DNA of 64,000 bases, taken from positions 10,403 to 74,402 of the forward strand of contig JBDHAD010000010.1 of the NCBI GenBank assembly GCA_039588215.1, given 5' to 3'. The translations under genes and the position numbers were made by a program. The stretch is from Gemmatimonadota bacterium. GTDB taxonomy: Bacteria; Gemmatimonadota; Gemmatimonadetes; Palauibacterales; Palauibacteraceae. This document shows, piece after piece, positions 1 to 8,636 of the stretch (positions within the stretch are counted from its first letter, which is position 1; every line of letters begins with the position of its first letter). The notes under the pieces are model-generated. The model ran no database searches. It saw only the letters and a program-made list of their open reading frames with translations, and had not been told where the DNA came from.

Positions 1-306
1 CACAGCTCTCTCGGGATCGCGTACGCCGGACTGGGGCGCGCGAACGACGCGATCCGGCACGGCCTGCGGGCGCAAGAACTCTTGCCACGCACACGCGACG
101 CCCTCGACGGATCACAATACGTTCTCGGCCTTTCCCGCATCTATGCCATGGTAGGGCAGCCGGAGGCGGCGGTCGAGCTGCTCGATCGCTACCTCTCCGG
201 TCCGGGACGCTGGTCTCTCGAGGGCCTCCTCCGCGATCCGCGTATGGACGCGCTGCGCGACCATCCTGCCTTGGAGGTACTCGTAGCGAAGTGGGGGCGG
301 CAGTAG
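1..306 (+). CDS. TPR-repeat protein, C-terminal fragment (5' end outside window)
   Basis: Frame 1 is open from base 1 to the TAG at 304-306. The translated tail (HSSLGIAYAGLGRANDAIRHGL...LLRDPRMDALRDHPALEVLVAKW) looks like TPR helices followed by the DPRxDxLR C-terminal motif common in TPR proteins. Confidence 0.5.
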   Translation, partial: HSSLGIAYAGLGRANDAIRHGLRAQELLPRTRDALDGSQYVLGLSRIYAMVGQPEAAVELLDRYLSGPGRWSLEGLLRDPRMDALRDHPALEVLVAKWGRQ

Positions 307-687
307 CAGGGGCTTCGCAGCCTGCCTTGGCGGCTGGGTGGGATCGTGGCGGAGAGGGGGTGATGGTCCAAGGCAGTAAGCCCTGGATGTGGCCATCCGG
401 ACTCGACCTCCTGGGGACTCACGAGGACCAGTCCGACTCGAAACTCGCGTCAATTGGACGTATTCGGACTCCTCGGTACTAGATAGGACACCTGGGACCG
501 GTCTCGAAAACCGGCGCCTAAGCCGACGTTCGCAAGCTGCGGAGGTAGGCCGATTAGCCGAAAAGCCGAACTCCGCTCTCCCACTTCGATGCTCAGCTCC
601 CCTCGTGCTAGCCGGACGTGGTGTCGCTACGCCCGTGTTCTGCGGGGCGAGCGAGGGGTGCCCGCGTCCCGGCACCACCGGGATGTG

Positions 688-717
688 AAACAGCCGGGGC
701 GGGCGCCCCGGCTGTTT
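688..717. terminator. Bidirectional intrinsic terminator hairpin between convergent genes
   Basis: AAACAGCCGGGGC (688-700) pairs perfectly with GCCCCGGCTGTTT (705-717): a 13-bp stem with a GGGC loop. A-run and T-run flanks give a U-tract on either strand. It lies 30 nt downstream of the SusD-like stop. Confidence 0.6.
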
Positions 718-746
718 CGTGCTGCGACCGGTGGCGAGTGCCGCGA

Positions 747-2126
747 CTAGTTGCGAGCCGCCGTCTCGTCCACCGGGATCGGGTAGCTGGCGTTCACCTG
801 GTGGCTCGACAGGTCGAGCGGGAGCTCGTCCAGACGGCCGTACCTGCGCAGGTCGATCCATCGGTGCCCACCCTCGTATAGTAACGAGTAGCGCTTCTCG
901 TACAGCAGTTGATCCAGCGCCTGTGCGGCGCTCGTCAGCGCCACGGCCGGCAGACTGCCGGACCGTGACCGGATCGCGTTGATGTCCGTTTCCGCTCCCC
1001 CGAGGTTGTTCAACCCGATGTTGGCTTCGGCGCGGAGCAGGATCAGCTCCTCGTTCCGAATGATCGGGATCGGCGCCGTGGTCGTGTTATAAATATCGAA
1101 GCCCACCGTGCAGTCAGGGAACTGCGACTGTGGCGAGCACAGCCCCGAGTACGCCCGAGATGTGATCGTGCGCGTCTTGCGGACGAGCCGATCATCCGGC
1201 GTCACTCCATCCGACTGCATCTCCGCGTCGGTCGCGACCGAGGGGTGGGCTCTCAGGTTGGGGTCGCCCCCGGGCTGAAACAGACCGTTGGTGCGGTCGC
1301 CCGACCCGGTGCTGAACGTATGGTATACGCCCAGGTCCAGATCGCCGTTCACGTCGACGAACGACTCCGAAAGCGCCTGGAGCGCCCCCGACCAGTCCGA
1401 CAGGTACACGGCCACCCGGGCCCGCACGGCCCGGTTGAACAGTAGAAACGTCGCCGGTGTGTCGAACCCGCTGAACCCGCTCGAAACGCGGAACGGGAAC
1501 CCGGTCCCCCCTTGGAGGTGGCTCTTTGCCTCATCCAGCAGGGTCACGATGCGATCGAACACCTGGCTCTTACTGGCCTCGGGCGCCGGCTCTCGAGGAT
1601 CCTCCGGAAACGTAATCGCGCACCCGCAGTTGTCATCGCGCGTGACCACGAGCGTGAGAAACTCGAGCGCCTGCATCGTCTTCGCGAAGCCGCGCAGCGC
1701 CTCCTTCTCGCCCGCGGACACCTCCGCATCGTCGACCTGATCCGCGCCGTCGAGCAGGATCTGGCCAAGCTTGAGGTCCAAATACGGCTCGCTCCAGAAG
1801 TTCCCGCCAAATGCGGGGCTGGAAGGCTGAAGAGCCCCTCCTAGCATCTCGCTCTCGAAGCGTGGGTCCGCGACGTCGTGGTTGTAGGACTCGCGGCCCA
1901 ATATCCCGAGCATCGAGACTATGTCGTTCGGGCCGATGAAATAGGCCCGGTACCCTATGATGAGCCCCTGTGCGGCCGTGGCGAGGCTGGCGCGATCAGG
2001 GTTGTTCTCCAATTGGTCCAGGTCGCCGAAGTTGGAATTCGGCGACGTCAGCGACTCGCAACCGTTGAGCCCCACGAGGAACCCCCCGACGGCGAGCGCG
2101 ATCAGGTGTCTTCTTGGCTTGTTCAT
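747..2126 (-). CDS. SusD/RagB-family outer-membrane nutrient-binding lipoprotein
   Basis: Internal ATG at 2126 within the 747..5870 ORF, preceded by a GGGAAGAGAGAGAAG purine tract. Lipoprotein signal MNKPRRHLIALAVGGFLVGLNGC. C-terminal RAEANIG...AIRSRSG...LYEKRYSLLYEGGHRWIDLRRYG is typical of SusD/RagB. It sits directly downstream of a SusC-like gene. Confidence 0.85.
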   Translation of the reverse strand: MNKPRRHLIALAVGGFLVGLNGCESLTSPNSNFGDLDQLENNPDRASLATAAQGLIIGYRAYFIGPNDIVSMLGILGRESYNHDVADPRFESEMLGGALQPSSPAFGGNFWSEPYLDLKLGQILLDGADQVDDAEVSAGEKEALRGFAKTMQALEFLTLVVTRDDNCGCAITFPEDPREPAPEASKSQVFDRIVTLLDEAKSHLQGGTGFPFRVSSGFSGFDTPATFLLFNRAVRARVAVYLSDWSGALQALSESFVDVNGDLDLGVYHTFSTGSGDRTNGLFQPGGDPNLRAHPSVATDAEMQSDGVTPDDRLVRKTRTITSRAYSGLCSPQSQFPDCTVGFDIYNTTTAPIPIIRNEELILLRAEANIGLNNLGGAETDINAIRSRSGSLPAVALTSAAQALDQLLYEKRYSLLYEGGHRWIDLRRYGRLDELPLDLSSHQVNASYPIPVDETAARN

Positions 2127-2179
2127 CTTCTCTCTCTTCCCAGAGTGAGGTTCCTGATTCATTCGCTTCGCCATCACGG

Positions 2180-5132
2180 CTACAGATTGAAATCGATCCC
2201 GAGCCACAGGCTGCGGCTCGGCGGGAACGGTGCGACGTCGATCGCTCGACCGACCTGCTGGCTCCCGAACCTCGGGAAGCGTATAGCTGAGCGAGATCTC
2301 CCGTGCCTTCAGGAACGAAGCCGGCTGCGTGTACGACTGGCTCCACCCGTTGGCGAACCCGGCGAGACGCTGGGCGCCATTGCAGTCGGGGTGGCAGTCC
2401 GACGCGTCGTAGGCCGGGTCATCCAGAAGCGTGAAGAACTGATCCACGCTGCCGAAGTCGACGCTGTTGAGCGCATCATCGTACAGCAACTCGGTCAGGT
2501 TGATCACTTCCTGCCCGTACCGCCACTCGAACAACGTGAACAGCTCCAGGTTGCCCCCGAGATTGAAGCTGTTCGTGAACCCCATGTTGAAATCCGGATC
2601 GGAGTTCCCGATCTGCGCGTGCCCCGCCAGGCTCCGGCAGGACTCGTTCGGGGTCCCGGCCCCTGTGCAATCCGGATCGGTCCCCACGATCTGTGTGAGC
2701 GGGCTGCCCTCCTCGATAAAGAACCCGCCGAGGAAGAGCGCGAAGCCGGCGTCGGCCTCGAAGGCCGGGACGTCGAGCCGGGTGACCTCGCTCCGGTTCA
2801 GGAAGAAGCTGGTGCGCGACACCCAGGTGAACTTCGGGCTCGCGATCGGGGTCAAGCCCAGCGCGGTCTCGAACCCCCAGTTGCGGAGCTCGCCCCCGTT
2901 GAAGATCACGTCGACGAAGCCGGTGGACGGGGCCGTCGTGGCTTCGATGATCAGGTCGTCCACGTTCTGCACGTACCCGGTCAGCTCGAGCGTCGCGCGG
3001 CCATTGAAGGCGGTGATGTCCATGCCTCCCTCGAACTCGGTCATCCGCTCGGGCTGGAGAGCCGGCCCACCTCCGACTGTGCCCTCGAGCGCGAAGCCGC
3101 CGATGCCTTCGATGTTCCTGTCGAGCACGAGGCTCGTGAACTTCTGGCATCCGTCGCGCGGATCGCACAACGGCTGGTTGGCCGTCTGCCCCACCGCGGC
3201 ACGCAGCTTGACCTCGTCGAAGATCCCGCCCAAATCGGGGAACCGGTACGAGATGGCCCCCTTCGGGAAGATGAACAGCTCGGTGGGGTCTCCGTTCGCG
3301 CTCGACTGGTCGACCCGGACCATCCCGGTGACCAGCAGGCGGTTGTCCATCGTCAGGACCTCTTCCTGGAGGAAGAACCCGAAGTCCTCAACCTGCGCCT
3401 GGTTCTCGCGGATCTGGACCTCGACGGCCGCGTCGACCTTGTTCTTACCGCCAGTGAGATCGCGCCCGATCAAACGGGAGATCTCGAGCTCGGTGCGATC
3501 GTAGTTCATCCCGGCCGAAGTCGTGAACGTGGTTCCACCGGCCCCCGGCGTGTATCGCCAGATCCCGTTCACGTTCACGTTGAAATTCAGGTTGTCGCTA
3601 TTGCTCAGCAGCGCGGTGCCCGGCTTCCCGTCGAAGCTCTCGAAGTGGAGCGCGGGCGGAGAGAAGATCCGGTTCTCCTGGCTGAAGAAGTCCACACCGG
3701 CCGTGGTGACCAGGTTCACCCTATGTTGATCGTTTTCGATGAGTCCGATGTCCACGTTCGCTGACGTCATCAGACGCCATACTTCTTCCTCGTTCTCCAT
3801 CAGCGCCGCGGTCTGGATCGGATTGCTCGCGTTCCCCACGAACACGTTGCGGGGGTACGTCCCATCCGCCTGCTGACTGAGGTCGATGATGCCCGGCGTC
3901 GCGCTGAGCGTCATGAAGTAGCTGGTTTGGGCATTGTCGTTGTTCGTGAGACCCCGACCGGCGACGCTGCGCACGACGCTCGTGTTGATGTTGATGTCTG
4001 CCTTGCCCAACGCAGTTCTGAGGTTCACCCGGCCGGACTCGCGCTCGAAGCCCGTGTTCTGGATGATCCCCTCATCGTTCTTCCACGTGCCGGAGCCGAA
4101 GTACTGCAGCCCGCTATCCCCACCGCCGCTCACGCTGGCCGACGCGTCCCACGAGAACGCGTTCCTACCGGCGAGCGCCTCCTCGTGGTCGTACGTGATG
4201 CCCGGTTGGAAGAAGTCGCGGGCTGTCTCGCCCAGAGATTCGACAGCCTCCTCGACGTCCCCGTAGACGCGTGCTCCGAGCTTGTTGGACAGATCGAAGT
4301 ATCCCCCCATGAAACTGCCGCGGAGGCGGGCGGGCCCCACTTCGCCGCGCTTCGTCGTGATGATTACGACCCCGTTGCTCGCTTTCACCCCGTAGATCGC
4401 TGCGGCCGAGGCGCCTTTCAGCACCTCGATCGACTCGATGTCATCTGGGTTGATATCGGCGATCCGGTTCTGAAGCGCGTCTTGCTGCAGTGACGGGTTG
4501 GAGCCGCCGGCTGCATTGGTGATCTCGTTCTGGTTCGAGGGGATCGCGATGTTGGAGATCACGACGCCGTCGATGACGTACAGCGGCTCAGCCGCGGCGT
4601 TGATCGAGGATGACCCCCGGATGTTCAGCTGTAGACCGCCTCCGGGCGCGCCGCTGTTGCTGGCGACGACCGCGCCGGTCACCCGCCCCTGGAGCGCCTT
4701 GTCGATCGTCTGCTGCGGGACTTGCTGCAGCTGCTCGCCGCGGATCGACTCGACCGCGTTAGGGAGATTGATGCGCCGGGCCTCCGTCGCCCGGCCCGTC
4801 ACCACCAGCTCCTCGACCTGCAGGTAGTCGACGGTCATCTGGATGGTCGCCGTGCTTGCTCCCGCTGCGACCGGGACCTCGACGCTCCGGTACCCGATCC
4901 GCGTGACCACGAGCGTGATAGCGCCGGAGGGGGCGCCTTGCAGGGCGAAATTGCCGTTTTCGTCTCCGACCGTGCCGATGTCCGTCCCTCTGACGGCTAC
5001 CTGCGGAAACGCGACGGGGGCGGCCGTGACCTCATCGGTCACGGTGCCCCGGATCGTGCGCTGCTGGGCGCTCAGCCCCGCTGCACTCAGCAGCATGAAC
5101 AGCGTGATAAGCAGACCAAGTCTGTTCCTCAT
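2180..5132 (-). CDS. SusC/RagA-family TonB-linked outer-membrane transporter, with an apparent frame change about 30 codons before its 3' end
   Basis: ATG at 5132 and signal peptide MRNRLGLLITLFMLLSAAGLSAQQ. CarboxypepD_reg-like N-domain (IRGTVTD...GNFAL), plug (IESIEVLKGASAAAIYGVKASNGVVIITTKRG), long barrel ending FLKAREISLSYTLPE. The terminal OMP strand (APFPPSRSLWLGIDFNL, stop at 2180-2182) is only readable in the +1 frame from about 2270 downward. Confidence 0.85.
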
Positions 5133-5654
5133 GAGGGTCCTGCCTGTTCGGGGTATGGATTGGTCTGGATTCGGCGTATCTATGAAGAAGCCGGGACGGC
5201 CCGCGCTTTTGGCAGAAGGCCGTCGGCGGATGTCTCGAACCCGATCGAGAGGCGGCGTGCGGGATTCTAATCGTAGAACGGCGTAACTGCGTCGCATGAC
5301 GCCCACGGAGGGGATCTGGCCCGCACCGTGCTCCCAGGGCTGTTCGCCGCGCCCTCGCTGGTGGCAAGCGTATAGGGGAAATCTGTACAAGGGCGGCCGG
5401 CGGTGCAAGCTTCGCAACCCAGCGTGAGTTTTGGAGTCGCACCCGAGCCGGGCCAACTGGCGGTCGTGCCAGCCGGTATTATGACGAGTTCTGTTGTGTG
5501 GTCGTACACGGAAAATACTCGTTTGGGGATACCGTTTGACATGAGCGGGAACCCCCTCGCGTCGTCCGTTGAAAGGGGGCGTGAGATCCTCGAGCCACGA
5601 GATGGAGAGGGTGACTTGAGCGAAGAGGGCCAGCGTGAGCGAGAAGCTGACGGG

Positions 5655-6584
5655 GTGTTCGAGGTCCCTGCCAGCCTGGGGGGAGCCCTGGGTCGGCTCC
5701 CGGGAGCGGACCGGTTCCTGGGTGAGGCGGACCAGCATCTTCTGGGGGATCTCCGGGTTGCCGCGAAGGCCGCATTCGCGGGTGGTCAGGCCGCGTGCGC
5801 GTTCTACGAGGACGCAGAGATGGAGATCGAGGACAAAGGGGTGAACGACCCGGTGACGGCCGCGGATCACGCCGCCAACACCGCCATCCTTCGCGTTCTG
5901 CGAGATGCCCGACCCGCCGACGCGATCCTGAGCGAGGAGTCCACGCCCCCGGAGGCTAGCCGGCTCGGTGGCCGCCTGTGGGTCGTCGACCCTCTCGACG
6001 GCACCAAGGAGTTCATTGCCCGGAACGGCGAGTTCAGCATCATGGTGGGTCTTGCCGGGCGTGGCGCCGCGGTTCTGGGGGCCGTGTATCAGCCGGCCAT
6101 CGACCGGCTATTCCTCGGAATCTCGGATCGGGCGGCCTGGGTTGTAGCGAACGTGCAACAAGGCTCCGCCCCCGGAGAGATCTCGCTCGCGGACACCGCA
6201 CCCGGAGCCGAGGCGGTGCGATTCGTTCGGTCGCGCTCGCACCCGGACGAACGGCTCCGCGAGCTGGAGTCCGCGCTGGGCCAGATCGAGACTGTGGTCT
6301 CGGGCTCCGTGGGCATAAAGTGTGCTCTCATCGCGACCGGCGAGGCGGACTTGTACGTGCACCCGGTCCCCTACTTGAAGGAGTGGGACACCTGCGCGCC
6401 AGAGGCCGTGCTCCGCGGGGCGGGCGGGACGGTGACCGATTGCGCCGGCGAACCGCTGGTGTACGGCAAGCCCGATCCGCGGCAACCGGGTGGGATCTTC
6501 GCGGCCCACCCGGAGGTATGGCGCCGGGCGGCGCACACCGTGCACACGGTCACTCGCCCGCTTTTCGAAACGGAAGAGCCCTGA
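5655..6584 (+). CDS. cysQ: 3'(2'),5'-bisphosphate nucleotidase CysQ (inositol monophosphatase family)
   Basis: Motifs DKGVNDPVTAADHAAN, WVVDPLDGTKEFI, WDTCAPEAVLRGAGG. The ORF is open from 5403. The start is uncertain: GTG 5655 is the nearest canonical start upstream of the conserved core, ATG 5541 is the alternative. Confidence 0.8.
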   Translation: MFEVPASLGGALGRLPGADRFLGEADQHLLGDLRVAAKAAFAGGQAACAFYEDAEMEIEDKGVNDPVTAADHAANTAILRVLRDARPADAILSEESTPPEASRLGGRLWVVDPLDGTKEFIARNGEFSIMVGLAGRGAAVLGAVYQPAIDRLFLGISDRAAWVVANVQQGSAPGEISLADTAPGAEAVRFVRSRSHPDERLRELESALGQIETVVSGSVGIKCALIATGEADLYVHPVPYLKEWDTCAPEAVLRGAGGTVTDCAGEPLVYGKPDPRQPGGIFAAHPEVWRRAAHTVHTVTRPLFETEEP

Positions 6585-6675
6585 GACCACGATCGCGGCG
6601 AGCGCGACACGATAGCTGGCCCCGGGCCGCGCGTCAGCCGGCCCAGGTGGCACGCATAGAGAGGAAGAAGGGAGC

Positions 6676-7335
6676 TTGAACCAGAAAAGAGACCAGACCA
6701 GACGCCGATCGGAGAACGTCGTCTGGCAGGAGAGCCAGGTAGGGCGCGCCGCCCGCGAGGAGCGCCGCGGACACCGGGGGGCGGTCCTCTGGTTCACCGG
6801 CCTTTCGGCCAGCGGCAAGAGCACGCTGGCGATCGAGGTCGAGCGGCGGCTATTCGCCGACAAGTACTTCTCCTACGTGCTGGACGGAGACAACGTCCGT
6901 CACGGCCTCTGCGGCGACCTCGGCTTCTCGCCGGACGACCGCGAGGAGAACATCCGACGCGTCGGTGAAGTCGCGAAGCTGTTCGCCGAGGCGGGCGCGA
7001 TCGTCGTGACGGCCTTTATCTCCCCGTATCGGAAGGACCGCCGCCGGATCCGCGAGATCATGACGCGTGGGGGCGATTTCGTGGAGGTGTACGTGTCCTG
7101 CCCCCTGGAGGTGTGTGAGGCTCGGGATCCCAAGGGTCTGTACAAGCGCGCGCGCGCCGGGGAGATCCGCGAGTTCACGGGGATCGACGCACCGTACGAG
7201 GCGCCCGAGGCGCCCGAGTTGGTCGTAGAGACGAACCTGTACGATGTGGAGGCGTGCGCCGATCAGGTGATCGACCATCTGCGGGACCACGGGTATATCG
7301 GGCGCGAGGGACAGCTCCGCGCCGTTTCCGGGTAG
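6676..7335 (+). CDS. cysC: Adenylylsulfate (APS) kinase
   Basis: TTG start preceded by GAGGAAGAAGGGAG. P-loop context [18 protein letters not shown]. Also [25 protein letters not shown] and FISPYR. Confidence 0.92.
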   Translation: MNQKRDQTRRRSENVVWQESQVGRAAREERRGHRGAVLWFTGLSASGKSTLAIEVERRLFADKYFSYVLDGDNVRHGLCGDLGFSPDDREENIRRVGEVAKLFAEAGAIVVTAFISPYRKDRRRIREIMTRGGDFVEVYVSCPLEVCEARDPKGLYKRARAGEIREFTGIDAPYEAPEAPELVVETNLYDVEACADQVIDHLRDHGYIGREGQLRAVSG

Positions 7336-7344
7336 GAGACCCTC

Positions 7345-8574
7345 ATGCATACAAGTACGGCAGACACCCCGCGTGAGGCCACGCGGGGACAAGATCTTGC
7401 AACCAAGGCACCCGGTCCCATCGCACCCTACGGTGGCCAGCTGATCGATCGACGGGTCGACGGGAGCCAGGCTGCGGAGCTCCGTGAGGTCGCGACCTCG
7501 CTTCCAGCCATACAAGTCTCGCACCGGATCCTGAGCGACCTCTACCTCATCTCGGTCGGAGGCCTCTCACCGCTGGATGGATTCATGGACTCTGCCGCAT
7601 ACGAGTCCGTCCTCGCGGAGATGAAGCTGCCGAGCGGGCTGCCCTGGTCGATCCCGGTCGTCCTTCCCGCGACGGAGGAAGAAGCGCAGGGGTTCGCGCC
7701 GGGGGACCCGGTCGCGCTGCGCACGCGGGACGGTCAGATCGCCGGAATCGTGGACGTGCGAGAGACGTATCCTCGCCATGTCGCTCGAGAGACCGCGGCG
7801 GTCTATGGAACGGAGGACACCGCGCACCCCGGAGTGGCGGCGGTGCACGCGATGGGTGCCAACTACGTGGCCGGACCGGTTCGATACCTTCTCGAGGGAG
7901 ACATCTCGGGCTTCCCGGCCGAGAATCTGACGCCCGCCCAGACCCGGCAGCGCTTCGACGATGCAGGCTGGAGGAGCGTAGTAGCGTTCCAGACCCGGAA
8001 CCCGATCCATCGAGCGCATGAATATCTGCAGAAGTGCGCGCTCGAGATCGTGGAAGGTCTGCTGATACACCCTCTGGTGGGTGAAACGAAGTCTGACGAC
8101 ATCCCGGCCGATGTGCGAATGGAGTGCTACCGAGTCCTCCTGGACGGGTACTTCCCGCGCGACCGGGTCCTGCTCTCGGTTCTTCCGGCGGCCATGCGCT
8201 ATGCCGGTCCACGCGAAGCCATCTTCCACGCCATCATGCGGCGCAACTACGGCTGCACGCACTTCATCGTGGGTCGCGATCACGCGGGAGTGGGCGATTA
8301 CTACGGGACCTACGACGCGCAGGAGATCTTCGAGCGCGTGGACGGAGACCTCCTGGGCATCGAGCCGCTCAAGTTCGAGCACGCGTTCTGGTGCCGTCGG
8401 ACGGCGCAAATGGCCAGCGCCAAGACCTCACCATCCACACCCGAGGAGCGTCTCTTCCTCTCCGGTACGAAGGTCAGAGAGATGCTCTCACGTGGCGAAC
8501 GACCGCCCGAGGAGTTCACCCGCCGCGAGGTCGCCGAGGTCCTCATGAAGGCGTATCGAAACGGGGCGAGCTGA
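7345..8574 (+). CDS. sat: Sulfate adenylyltransferase (ATP sulfurylase)
   Basis: Motifs FQTRNPIHRAHEYL, HPLVGETKSDDIP, MRYAGPREAIFHAIMRRNYGCTHFIVGRDHAGVG. The ATG lies 10 nt after the cysC stop. Confidence 0.92.
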   Translation: MHTSTADTPREATRGQDLATKAPGPIAPYGGQLIDRRVDGSQAAELREVATSLPAIQVSHRILSDLYLISVGGLSPLDGFMDSAAYESVLAEMKLPSGLPWSIPVVLPATEEEAQGFAPGDPVALRTRDGQIAGIVDVRETYPRHVARETAAVYGTEDTAHPGVAAVHAMGANYVAGPVRYLLEGDISGFPAENLTPAQTRQRFDDAGWRSVVAFQTRNPIHRAHEYLQKCALEIVEGLLIHPLVGETKSDDIPADVRMECYRVLLDGYFPRDRVLLSVLPAAMRYAGPREAIFHAIMRRNYGCTHFIVGRDHAGVGDYYGTYDAQEIFERVDGDLLGIEPLKFEHAFWCRRTAQMASAKTSPSTPEERLFLSGTKVREMLSRGERPPEEFTRREVAEVLMKAYRNGAS

Positions 8575-8636
8575 CCCGCATCTGCGCGCGGCGTCGCGTC
8601 GCGGAACGCCGCCGATACAGAGGGGTCCCACCGCGT

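Noticed and set aside
307-746. tmRNA, RNase P or SRP RNA in the TPR/SusD intergenic gap. Prompted by GGGGGTGATGG..., GGACTCGAC, GAGGACCAGTCCGACTCG and CCAAGGCAG...GGATGTGGCC resemblances.
   Set aside because: Each resemblance is partial and in the wrong spacing or context. No acceptor/T-arm, no P4 pair and no AGCAGCC/GGAA helix-8 motif is present. Kept only as an unidentified sRNA candidate.
112-861. 249-aa minus-strand ORF spanning the same gap
   Set aside because: It overlaps both flanking genes. The product is Arg/Pro/Gly-rich without motifs, and the ORF crosses the strong terminator hairpin.
1878-3764. 628-aa plus-strand ORF antisense to the SusC-like gene. Similar long antisense ORFs: 2467..3504, 29181..30593, 32000..33430, 33456..35240, 34807..36450, 37223..38248, 39454..40404, 51215..52603, 56415..57854, 25783..26949, 21034..21915.
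   Set aside because: All lie opposite genes with unmistakable family motifs. Their products are Arg/Pro/Gly/Ala/Ser-rich with no motifs. Such open antisense frames are expected in about 68% GC DNA.
5267-5542. 91-aa minus-strand ORF with a CxxC-containing motif upstream of the SusC-like gene (possible small Cys peptide)
   Set aside because: Many A/T-ending codons, no SD or signal sequence, no homology recognised. It lies in a probable promoter region.
747-5870. Single 1707-aa ORF on the minus strand
   Set aside because: It is a composite. The first 246 codons (5133-5870) are non-homologous Arg/Pro-rich read-through upstream of the real SusC start (signal peptide at ATG 5132). The last 459 codons are a separate SusD-like lipoprotein with its own start and lipobox. 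It is split into two genes and reported as a frame anomaly instead.
8124-8636. N-terminal 171 codons of ORF 8124..9854
   Set aside because: This part overlaps the 3' end of sat in another frame and is Arg/Pro-rich. A proper signal peptide/lipobox starts at ATG 8637.
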